DNA of 19,960 nucleotides, from positions 1 to 19,960 of the forward strand of contig JBEKKX010000039.1 in assembly GCA_050010515.1 (NCBI GenBank), read 5' to 3'. This DNA is from Candidatus Bathyarchaeia archaeon (GTDB taxonomy: Archaea > Thermoproteota > Bathyarchaeia > Bathyarchaeales > Bathycorpusculaceae). Below the pieces are notes generated by a model, which had not been told where the DNA came from, searched no databases, and saw only the letters and a program-made list of their open reading frames with translations. The number at the start of each line of letters is the position of its first letter. Position 1 is the first letter of the stretch. The translations under genes were made by a program, and so were the position numbers. Positions 1-7,896 of the stretch are shown here, piece after piece.

Positions 1-122
1 TCAGTAACTGATCGGCCTTCAAGTCTCTTTTTGATTATCCACTTTCTAAGTTTTTCCCAATCTCGTTCCAACCAAGCACTCCCCTATTTTAGGAGAGTGT
101 AGCCTATTTTTAAGATAGAACA
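1..122 (-). mobile_element. Possible left end of a second IS (IS481/IS3-like TGT terminus) nested in the upstream transposase, with the start of an ORF (TTG at 71) running off the window
   Basis: The minus strand from 122 reads TGTTCTATCTTAAAAATAGGCTACACTCTCCTAAAATAGGGGAG: a TGT start, a repeated AAAATAGG motif, then a GGGGAG RBS before TTG (MERDWEKLRKWIIKRDLK...). Transposase-like sequence of the 84..371 ORF appears to stop at this junction. Family assignment is inference. Confidence 0.4.
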
Positions 123-371
123 GTCTTTGATTAGGCAAAGCTTTCTGATTCTTAAATCGGTGTTTAGGATGCGTGTCATTTCTCTTAAGCTGCGTATGGC
201 TTTCATTCGCATGATTAAGAAGGCTCGAAAAAGGCCTGATGGGTTTCTAGGTGGTCTTCCTGGACCCCTAACATGGAAGCATTGTTTGATGGTTTTGTTA
301 GCAAAGCTTAAGTCTACGTTTTTAAAAAGGGTTTCAAGGGTCTCGTGTTCATCCTGTCTCGCAGGGATCAC
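84..371 (-). pseudogene. Truncated transposase N-terminus (IS5/IS1182-like, DUF772-type domain)
   Basis: GPGRPPRNPSGLFRAFLIMRMKAIRSLREMTRILNTDLRIRKLC matches the GRP...L...S.R.L....D pattern of DUF772 transposase N-termini. Only 95 aa, with no DDE domain. Confidence 0.75.
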
Positions 372-483
372 TTCCTTGTCTGATTGGTTCTCAATGATAC
401 GAGACCCATTCTAGTTATAAGCTTTTCAATTTAGGGACAAGCCAGCGCGCTTTATGTGTTGTTGTTTATAGTGAGGGGTAAAC

Positions 484-502
484 AGCCCATTCTGCAATTC
501 TC
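484..502 (-). mobile_element. Candidate left terminal inverted repeat of the IS5/IS1182-like element
   Basis: The minus strand reads GAGAATTGCAGAATGGGCT about 130 bp upstream of the transposase start and resembles GAG...TGCA-type IS ends. The partner end is not in the window. Confidence 0.3.
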
Positions 503-551
503 AGTATGTTGAAAAAGCATCAATCTGCATTGAAAAGTGCGGGTATTGAGT

Positions 552-601
552 CTATGTTGAACTATGTTGAATCATATTTGAAGCATATTAGAAGCATATA
601 G
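552..601. repeat. Degenerate 10-11 bp tandem repeat
   Basis: CTATGTTGAA CTATGTTGAA TCATATTTGAA GCATATTAGAA GCATATAG. A further TATGTTGAA occurs at 505. Confidence 0.6.
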
Positions 602-799
602 TAGACCGAGGAGGTGGCTTGAGCACGCACAGGTCTCTAGGCAAAAGCAGACTACATGCTTTTTCATTAGTTTATGAATCATAATCACTCTAAAACTTCT
701 CAAGTAAAACACAATTTATTCGAGGTGAGCGAACCCTTCTCCGCCAAAGAAAAGAGTAATCGCTATTTTTATAAGTTCAACGCTTGAAGTAAATGATTT

Positions 800-1585
800 A
801 TGCAAGCTGAAATTGGGATAATCGGTGGGACAGGTCTTTATGACCCGAAGCTACTTAAGAACGTTCAAGAACTAACGGTGGAAACCCCTTACGGTAAGCC
901 TTCAGATTCTATAACTGTTGGTGAGTTGGCTGGTAAATGTGTGGCTTTTCTGCCGAGACACGGGAAAAAACACACTGTTAGGCCAACGGACATTAATGTT
1001 AGGGCCAATATTTTTGCTTTAAAGAAGCTTGGCGTAAAGCGTATTCTTGCGCCTTCAACCGTTGGCTCCTTAAGAGAAGAGTATCATCCTGGCGAAATCG
1101 TCTTTTGTGACCAGTTTATCGACCGAACCACAAGGCGAGAACAATCATTCTACACTGAGAATAAGGTATGCCACATATCTGTTGCTGAACCAATGTGTCC
1201 AGAGCTAAGGCAAAACCTGATTGCTGTTGCAAAAAACATGGGCATAAAAATGCATGAAACAGGAACTTACGTGTGCATTGAGGGACCGCGCTTTTCCACT
1301 AAAGCAGAATCTAAAATGTATCGGCAATGGGGCGCAGATGTTGTCGGTATGACGCTGGTTCCTGAATGCGTTTTGGCAAGAGAAGCAGAAATATGCTATG
1401 CTTCAATATCAACCGTAACAGATTATGATGTGTGGAAGGACCATCCAGTTTGCGTTGATGACGTAGTTAAGATAATGAAGACAAATATTGAAAACGTAAA
1501 ACGGATAATCGCTGAAACAGTTGCCAAATTACCAAATGAATGCGCCTGCAAATGCAACGAAGCCTTGAAAGGAGCCTTCGTTTAA
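800..1585 (+). CDS. mtnP: S-methyl-5'-thioadenosine phosphorylase
   Basis: IGIIGGTG, TPYG.PS, LPRHG, EGPRFST.AES, VGMT..PE..LARE and DYD motifs. DYD is typical of adenine-specific MTAP. Confidence 0.95.
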   Translation: MQAEIGIIGGTGLYDPKLLKNVQELTVETPYGKPSDSITVGELAGKCVAFLPRHGKKHTVRPTDINVRANIFALKKLGVKRILAPSTVGSLREEYHPGEIVFCDQFIDRTTRREQSFYTENKVCHISVAEPMCPELRQNLIAVAKNMGIKMHETGTYVCIEGPRFSTKAESKMYRQWGADVVGMTLVPECVLAREAEICYASISTVTDYDVWKDHPVCVDDVVKIMKTNIENVKRIIAETVAKLPNECACKCNEALKGAFV

Positions 1586-1600
1586 AGGAGAAAACAAAAA

Positions 1601-2146
1601 ATGAGCAAGAAAACCGCCGAATTGGATCTTAAATCAAAAGTTCGAAGAATACCAGAGTTTAAAGGCGTGGTTTTCTGGGATATTACCACACTTTTGAAAG
1701 ACAAGAATTGCCTCCATGAATCCGTTAAACAATTAGCAGAACATTACAGAGGAAAACCCATCGATGCAGTTGTTTCAAACGAAGCCAGAGGTTTCATTAT
1801 TGGTGCCGCTGTAGCTTACGAATTGAGGGTCGGTTTTGTTCCTATACGGAAGAAAGGCAAGCTGCCGTTCAAATGCGTTGACCTTACATACAAGAAAGAA
1901 TATGAGTATGACACTATCGAAATTCATGAAGACGCAATCAAAAAGGGCCAGAACATTTTGCTAATCGACGATTTGCTGGCAACTGGCGGAACTGTGAAAG
2001 CAAATATTGAATTGGTCGAAAAGTTAGGCGGCAACGTGGTAGGCTTAGGCTTTTTGATTGAGTTATGTTATTTGGATGGCAGAAAAATGATAGGCAACAA
2101 ATACGATGTGTACTCACTTATTCAATTAAAAACTGCAAACGGATAA
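1601..2146 (+). CDS. apt: Adenine phosphoribosyltransferase
   Basis: F.DITTLL, EARGFI, IRKKGKLP and the PRPP-binding LLIDDLLATGGT motif. Starts 15 bp after mtnP with an AAGGAG RBS. Confidence 0.93.
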   Translation: MSKKTAELDLKSKVRRIPEFKGVVFWDITTLLKDKNCLHESVKQLAEHYRGKPIDAVVSNEARGFIIGAAVAYELRVGFVPIRKKGKLPFKCVDLTYKKEYEYDTIEIHEDAIKKGQNILLIDDLLATGGTVKANIELVEKLGGNVVGLGFLIELCYLDGRKMIGNKYDVYSLIQLKTANG

Positions 2147-2408
2147 AAACTTAGTTTTCGGGCTTGGCTTTAAGAAAGCACAAGTTAAGCCTCCACTCTT
2201 TTCCTCCACGACGGTGACAAAAATTATTGCGAATGGGCGCGGTTTGCTTTCTTTGTGCTTTCTGAGGAAAAAGCTGGTTTTCGCCAAGCCCCAGCTTCTT
2301 TCAGCTGCATGTTACCATGGTGCTGGCGATTTTATATTGATTTGTTGGTGGTGCTAGACAGCAACACAGGTTTAATAGCTGCGTTTCGAGGAGTTAAAGT
2401 ATTTAGCT

Positions 2409-2720
2409 TTGGTGAATTGTTTGGAAAATGTTTTCGCTGATTTAAGTGCCCAAATAAGCGCTGTCTGTCCTGAAGGGGAGAAAGAGAAGACTAAAAGAAA
2501 TGCTTTCGTTTTTATAACTGCTAAGCCTGATTCACGCAAAATTGCATTTGAAGATTTGAAAAAAGTTGAAGGAGTGAACGAAGTGTATCTTTCTCATGGC
2601 GATTACGATTTTGTTGTGAAAGTTAGCGGTGACTCCTTGAATCATCTTCGTGAGATTGTGTTTAAGCGGATAAAGAATCTCAGTAGCATCAAGTCAACTT
2701 TGACTTTAATGGTAATTTAG
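2409..2720 (+). CDS. Stand-alone Lrp/AsnC ligand-binding (RAM) domain protein; true start uncertain
   Basis: AFVFI...LKKVEGVNEVYLSHGDYDFVVKV...IKNLSSIKSTLTLMV is the RAM-domain pattern. No HTH is evident. Confidence 0.8.
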   Translation: MVNCLENVFADLSAQISAVCPEGEKEKTKRNAFVFITAKPDSRKIAFEDLKKVEGVNEVYLSHGDYDFVVKVSGDSLNHLREIVFKRIKNLSSIKSTLTLMVI

Positions 2721-2724
2721 CCAA

Positions 2725-2746
2725 TTGGCAATAAGCATTTTGCCAA
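2725..2746. terminator. Inverted repeat between convergent genes, possible terminator
   Basis: TTGGCAA-N8-TTGCCAA perfect 7-bp inverted repeat between the stops at 2720 and 2757. Confidence 0.4.
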
Positions 2747-2756
2747 AGCAGAAGTT

Positions 2757-3146
2757 TCAGACTTGAGATTCTAAATAATGCTGCAAGTTGGAAACGAACT
2801 CAGCAAAATTCAATTCTGCTTTTTTTGGAACGTAAAAGAAGTCTTCGTGTTTTGCGTGGAGTCTTTCGATTATTTTTATTTCAATAAGTTTTGCAACTGA
2901 ACCAAAGGTTTGTTCAATTGCGTCGGCGAAGTCTTCAATTTTAAAGGGAATCTCCTCTTTCTTTATGCCATACCTATTTTCTAGCTGGCGATAAATGGCT
3001 TGCTTGACCATATTTCCAAAAGACGAAAGAATATCATCAATTGCCTCTGTTACAGCCGTTTCAAAATCAGTTTTGAACGGTTCATTTTGGACTAAAAATG
3101 AACAGGGAACATTTGAAACGGTTAATTCTTGACTCATTTTTTTCAT
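2757..3146 (-). CDS. Conserved archaeal hypothetical protein (DUF3227/NitrOD5-like)
   Basis: EAIDDILSSFG..VKQAIY..LE..YGIKKEEIPFKIEDF..AIE..FG..AKLIE resembles this TACK archaeal family. Recognised from memory, not by search. Confidence 0.65.
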   Translation of the reverse strand: MKKMSQELTVSNVPCSFLVQNEPFKTDFETAVTEAIDDILSSFGNMVKQAIYRQLENRYGIKKEEIPFKIEDFADAIEQTFGSVAKLIEIKIIERLHAKHEDFFYVPKKAELNFAEFVSNLQHYLESQV

Positions 3147-3181
3147 CTCAGCTTTTTAATGTTGTTGTGTTCTGCTTGACT

Positions 3182-3211
3182 ACAGTTATATCGTAACTGT
3201 TAATATATAAG
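3182..3211 (-). promoter_or_regulatory. TATA box with adjacent palindromic operator for the 2757..3146 gene
   Basis: ACAGTTA-TATCG-TAACTGT at 3182-3200 lies immediately downstream of minus-strand TTATATAT (about 3203-3210), which has an A-rich BRE-like upstream sequence. Confidence 0.55.
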
Positions 3212-3533
3212 TTATTATTTCACTAATAGACATATTCCGAAAGTCGATATATCTAAAAAAGAGTGATCGATTCTAAATAGCTAAAATAAAGGTCTAAGAA
3301 AAGAAATCAGAAAATGCGGTTTGAGACCTTTCTTGGGACAATATTATTGTTATCAAGAACCCTTGAAGCAACTAATGGCATTATAAAAATGATTAATCCT
3401 AGAAAAATCAGTTGGAAAAAATCTGTGATTTTCAAAATACTGATAATCAAAAACTGGCAAGATACCTTGTAAACTCAGCTATTTACGTTCAGGCAAGGAC
3501 CCATGAACTTGCACGGAAAAAGCTGCAAAATTC

Positions 3534-4088
3534 TTAACGAGCTAAAATCGACTTTGCAGTTTCTAAATAAATTTCGAAGTCACGCTCAGCAAACAAAACC
3601 AAAACAACTTTTTCAAGCTTGTCTTCTTTTTCCAAAAACTCCTTGACAGTATTTACCGCTATGCGGCTGGCATCTTCAATGGGGTAACCGTACGCTCCAG
3701 TGCTAATTGATGGAAACGCAATTGTTTTAAGTCCTTTAGCAACTGCAAGCTTTAACGAGTTTTTGTATGCTTGTTTCAAAAGTTCCGCTTCAACATGGAA
3801 TCCTCCGAGCCAAACAGGACCAACCGTGTGAATGACATATCTGGCTTTTAAGTTGCCGCCTGAAGTAATGACTGCTTTTCCAGTTGGAAGACCATCAGGC
3901 CATTCTGTTGCCCTTATGCGTTTGCATTCTTCAAGAATCTTAGGTCCACCTTTACGATGTATTGCTCCATCGACTCCACCGCCGCCCATAAGCGACGAAT
4001 TGGCCGCGTTCACAACCGCGTCTGCTTCTATATCTGTGATGTCTCCTTTGATTAGTTGCAGGATTGCTTTTCCAACTTGAAATTCCAT
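3534..4088 (-). CDS. Macrodomain protein, O-acetyl-ADP-ribose deacetylase / ADP-ribosylhydrolase (YmdB/MacroD-like)
   Basis: GDIT, VNAANSSLMGGGGVDGAIH, VIHTVGP and AFPSISTGAYGYP motifs. Confidence 0.93.
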   Translation of the reverse strand: MEFQVGKAILQLIKGDITDIEADAVVNAANSSLMGGGGVDGAIHRKGGPKILEECKRIRATEWPDGLPTGKAVITSGGNLKARYVIHTVGPVWLGGFHVEAELLKQAYKNSLKLAVAKGLKTIAFPSISTGAYGYPIEDASRIAVNTVKEFLEKEDKLEKVVLVLFAERDFEIYLETAKSILAR

Positions 4089-4286
4089 GAATATTACTCA
4101 CTCTTAATTGCTATATTATTCAAGCCAACTTGAAATTAAAAAATATTGACTAGCTGTTGTTTGTCATAAATATCATAAGTGCAATACAAGAAAATAAGTT
4201 TGTTGTTTAGAATAAGCGCGCGTTTTATCTCGTAAAACTCAAGTATTAGTTAATCTGATAAGATACTTTTGTTAGGTTTAGCTAGA

Positions 4287-4958
4287 ATGTATCGCCGACA
4301 TAATCGCATAAGTTATCAGGAACTAAAAGACAGAGCAAGTGAGATGCGGAACAACCCAACTCGGGCAGAAGCAAAAATGTATGAGATTCTCTATTCAGAT
4401 GTCGTTCCTAACTATCCCGAGCACAAATTCTACAGACAGTCTGTGCAATATCCCTATATTTTGGACTTCTACTGTCCAACATTGCGCTTAGGCATAGAAG
4501 TAGATGGTGACATACACGATAATACAGAAGCACATGACAGGTATAGAGACGCCCGTCTCCAGTCAAAAAACATTCAAGTTTATCGGTTTAGTAATGATGA
4601 AGTTCTCTACAACCCACAGAAAATTGTCGCTCAACTACGCCTATTAGTTCAGGACAAAACTACCCCGTATCAATCTCAAGATGCTGCAGTTCAACTACCT
4701 AAAACATATCAAAACCAAAGCAATTGTTTCATAGCTACAGCAGCTTACGGAACAACAAAAGCAAAGGAACTTGATGTATTAAGGAAATTCAGAGATGTTA
4801 AGCTGGAATCTAATCTCGTTGGTAGAAGAATAACTATTTTGTATTATTTGGTTAGTCCTCCTATTGCTAATATTATTGCCCGAAGCAAAGAAATGAGAGC
4901 CATTGTTAGAGAATGCCTAAATCCAATAATTAACTTTCTAAAAAGAAAATGGTGCTAA
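4287..4958 (+). CDS. DUF559 (Vsr-like) endonuclease fused to a C-terminal CFI-box domain
   Basis: MRNNPTRAE...FYRQ...YILDFYC...IEVDG.IH...D..RD..L is the DUF559 pattern, and the C-terminus reads CFIATAAYG...LRKFRD...YY..SPPIA. ATG 4287 is preferred over TTG 4269. Confidence 0.85.
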   Translation: MYRRHNRISYQELKDRASEMRNNPTRAEAKMYEILYSDVVPNYPEHKFYRQSVQYPYILDFYCPTLRLGIEVDGDIHDNTEAHDRYRDARLQSKNIQVYRFSNDEVLYNPQKIVAQLRLLVQDKTTPYQSQDAAVQLPKTYQNQSNCFIATAAYGTTKAKELDVLRKFRDVKLESNLVGRRITILYYLVSPPIANIIARSKEMRAIVRECLNPIINFLKRKWC

Positions 4959-5113
4959 GCTCGCGCGCTGGTCAAAAATAGTAATAATTCAGCTCTTGGC
5001 ATTAACAATTGTTCCTGTTCTCCATTTGGAATCCATGACCTCAAAACTGACCTAACCTCTGAGCATTAAATTAAAACCATTTTTCACCAATTAAGGAACA
5101 CGCATGCGGGCGC

Positions 5114-5827
5114 TCACAATAAGTTATTTAGAGGACTTATCGGTGTCCCTAACTTTTCTAGCCATATCTCAAACCCTACCTCTTCATCGATAATTTTACA
5201 CTGTTTAAATTTGGATTTTTTGACGATATCTTGGATTTCGCTTTTGGTGTAAGCCGATTTCGCTAACGATTTGAAAGTTAATTTGGTAAAGTATGAATCG
5301 AACATGTTCAAGTTCATGCGGTCTACGTACTCATCGAGCTTCGCCTTTGGGTCATCCTTATTCAAATCAATAATCAGTGCTTTAGCTTTTGTTTTCAAAA
5401 CTCTGAATATTTCGTCGATTACCTTTACAGGCTCTGGAAAGTTTTTGAAAGCAGAAGTGCAGATAATGAAGTTGAAATTGTCATTTGGAAAAGGCATGTA
5501 AGCGGCATCGCCTTGGCGAAATTCAACTTGTACTCCCGCTTCTTTGGCTTTATTTTGAGCGATTTTCACGAATGTTTTACTTATGTCCAACCCCGTAATG
5601 TTGTAATTGCCGAGCTTTGCAAGTTCGACCGATAAGTAACCGGGACCGGGGGCGATTTCAAGCACGTTACTGCCGGGTGCGGTATTGTCGTTTACAAGCT
5701 TAGCCCAGGATTTGTATTGTGCAATGCTGTTCTTCTGAATTCTATTATACTGCCTAGCGATAATGCCTTCCATTGCTATGCCCTTGTAGGCTTTTCTTTT
5801 GTTAGACGAAGGAGAATTTGTTGTCAT
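5114..5827 (-). CDS. Class I SAM-dependent methyltransferase
   Basis: VLEIAPGPG motif I, GLDIS, GDAAYMPF and RVLK. Confidence 0.88.
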   Translation of the reverse strand: MTTNSPSSNKRKAYKGIAMEGIIARQYNRIQKNSIAQYKSWAKLVNDNTAPGSNVLEIAPGPGYLSVELAKLGNYNITGLDISKTFVKIAQNKAKEAGVQVEFRQGDAAYMPFPNDNFNFIICTSAFKNFPEPVKVIDEIFRVLKTKAKALIIDLNKDDPKAKLDEYVDRMNLNMFDSYFTKLTFKSLAKSAYTKSEIQDIVKKSKFKQCKIIDEEVGFEIWLEKLGTPISPLNNLL

Positions 5828-5942
5828 GCTATTTCTCTCTCTTTATCTGTTGCCCTGTATTTCTTCAGGGGTTGCTTAAGATTGGTGAGGTTTTGCTCCT
5901 CTAGTATTTATAATTTAAATAAAGTTAGGTTAAATAATATTG

Positions 5943-6584
5943 CTATATAACTATACTAATCACTGACCATAAGGCTGAACCCATAAAGTATGCTCCGAAA
6001 CCGACGAAAACTGCCACACAAAAAAGCATAATTCCCGTTCCTGTGCGCTCAGTCCAGAACCGTTGCGATTTAAAAATCAGCACTGCCGTCATCGTGTAAA
6101 ATGAAAAATCGCAGAGCCAATGAACCCCAGCAAACACCGAAAAACCAATTAATCCAAACAGTTTAGCATTTAAAATTAAAGCTGTACCAATGGTTAGCCA
6201 CCATAAGATGAAACCAGCATTTGCCGCTGTGGTCCGGACTCCTGCAACTACTGATTCTTGTTTTGGGCTTACAGGTGAATCTTTAGTTTTATGCCTATTC
6301 TTGAAAGTTTGGATGCCCATGAAAATCATCAGCAAGCCGCCGACTAATCCTACTAAAATCTGCACGAAACTTGGAATGCCAAACTGGCTTAGAACAAAAA
6401 AGATGAGAAACATCAATGGAAACTCCACTATTCCATGGCCAACTGCAATCAATGCGCCTGCAGTTTTCCTTTTCGCCGCTTTTTCAATCGTGACAGCGAA
6501 TAGCGGTCCAGGCATTAAAACACCTGACATTGAAATTAAAGCAACCGAAGCAAAAAACAGGTATGGATTAGTAATAAAAGCCAT
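5943..6584 (-). CDS. LysE/RhtB-family translocator
   Basis: SGVLMPGP, GHGIVE, GG..M..MG, N..FILWW and HWLCD motifs, with several TM helices. Start at ATG 6584 avoids overlap with the upstream gene. Confidence 0.85.
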   Translation of the reverse strand: MAFITNPYLFFASVALISMSGVLMPGPLFAVTIEKAAKRKTAGALIAVGHGIVEFPLMFLIFFVLSQFGIPSFVQILVGLVGGLLMIFMGIQTFKNRHKTKDSPVSPKQESVVAGVRTTAANAGFILWWLTIGTALILNAKLFGLIGFSVFAGVHWLCDFSFYTMTAVLIFKSQRFWTERTGTGIMLFCVAVFVGFGAYFMGSALWSVISIVI

Positions 6585-6607
6585 TGTTTTCAAGTCACCA
6601 TCATAAG

Positions 6608-7210
6608 CTACAGCTTCTTTCCACCCGTTACAACCAGAATCCTTGACCATAGCCACCGTCGCTGCTGAAACTCAACATTCAGCCCAGCTTGAGCAAACAT
6701 TTCACGCGTCTTAGCAGGATTGTTACGTTTAAAGTGGCGAATTACAAGCGATAAACCACGGGGCATCATAATATCAGCCAGCAAAAACCGCCCTTGCGAA
6801 CGCAAAACACGCGCAATTTCGCTTACACCCTTAGCTTGATTACTCCAATGATGGAAAGAAAGCGTGCTAAACACAAGGTCAACTGAAGCATCAGGTAAAG
6901 ATAAAGACTCAGCCATAGCAACATGAAATTCAGCATCAGATAAAAGTTGAGTTGCCTGTTGTATCATTCCCTCTGCTGGATCAACACCAATCAACCGTGC
7001 ATCAGGCCAATGTTCCTTAGCTTTTCTAAGTAATCGTCCCGTTCCGCAACCAACGTCAAGAATACTTTCGGGTTTTTTCCCGTTTTTAGCTAAATCTAAA
7101 ACTATCCTCTGAACTCGATCAAAAATGTAGCCTTGTCTTCGTGAATTCTCGTAAGTTGCTGACCTTCGATCGAAATCTTGAACATCAGCCTTTTTCTGAT
7201 TAGTTGCCAT
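6608..7210 (-). CDS. Class I SAM-dependent methyltransferase (Methyltransf_11-like)
   Basis: ILDVGCGTG, GVDPAEGM, SFHHW and EIARVL..GRFLLAD. Confidence 0.9.
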   Translation of the reverse strand: MATNQKKADVQDFDRRSATYENSRRQGYIFDRVQRIVLDLAKNGKKPESILDVGCGTGRLLRKAKEHWPDARLIGVDPAEGMIQQATQLLSDAEFHVAMAESLSLPDASVDLVFSTLSFHHWSNQAKGVSEIARVLRSQGRFLLADIMMPRGLSLVIRHFKRNNPAKTREMFAQAGLNVEFQQRRWLWSRILVVTGGKKL

Positions 7211-7308
7211 CCATTTTTTTCCTTTAAGCTTAATGTAGCATTGTTTTGTAATTTATTTGTTTAAGTCTTCGTGGTTAATTAGCTTGTTTTCAATTTAAAG
7301 CAGTTTCT

Positions 7309-7330
7309 GTATGATAAGCATCACGAACCA
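7309..7330 (+). repeat. Degenerate copy of the 25-bp dispersed motif
   Basis: GTATGATAAGCATCACGAACCA aligns with gaps to GTATACAAAAGCATCAACGAAACCA. Intergenic. Confidence 0.4.
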
Positions 7331-7335
7331 TGTTT

Positions 7336-7896
7336 TTAAGTGCATTTTTTGCCTTTCAGAAGTGTAGTCTGCATATCAACGATTTCGGCACTATCCCTTG
7401 CCAGTGCATAATTGTCAAGCAATACGCCGTTCAACTCAAAAAACGTGTGTCCCCACGTGAAAATAGACAAAAGCTCCGTTGCCTTTTCCTTGAAACCGGC
7501 GATGTACAATGCCGCAGCAATAGCTTCAGCAGTAGTCAACTTTGTAAGTTTGCCAAAATTAACCGGGTTACCTGCAATCAAAATGGGCAAGCAGCGGCTG
7601 GTTCCCTTCACATGTCCCGATAAAACTTTCTGTGCATGTTCCCAACTGCAGTCCAGTGCGACCAAACCAAAATTTTCAACTCTCTGCCTGTCCGTAGGTG
7701 AAAATGCTATTTCAGAAAATGGATTCAGCACTATGGCGCGTTTTGGCAGAAACCGTGTCTTAGTAACTATCCTAGCTAGTCCACGGCGTTTGAGCCTCAG
7801 TCCAGTGCATTTTTTGGGGTCACATTGCGCCGCATGGTAAATAGTGATCCTTGGAAAATTAATCGTGGACGATTTTTGGTTAGGTTCATTTTCCAC
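7336..7896 (-). CDS. tsr3: 16S rRNA aminocarboxypropyltransferase Tsr3 (DUF367)
   Basis: QCDPKKCTG, LDCSW, R.LP.L.A.NPVNFGK..KLTTAEA.AAAL and F.WG.TF.ELN. Overlaps the nnr stop by 11 bp. Confidence 0.93.
   Translation of the reverse strand: MENEPNQKSSTINFPRITIYHAAQCDPKKCTGLRLKRRGLARIVTKTRFLPKRAIVLNPFSEIAFSPTDRQRVENFGLVALDCSWEHAQKVLSGHVKGTSRCLPILIAGNPVNFGKLTKLTTAEAIAAALYIAGFKEKATELLSIFTWGHTFFELNGVLLDNYALARDSAEIVDMQTTLLKGKKCT

Noticed and set aside
4959-5113. Integron attC site
   Set aside because: There is no paired R''/R' box structure, the flanking genes are convergent, and no integrase is present.
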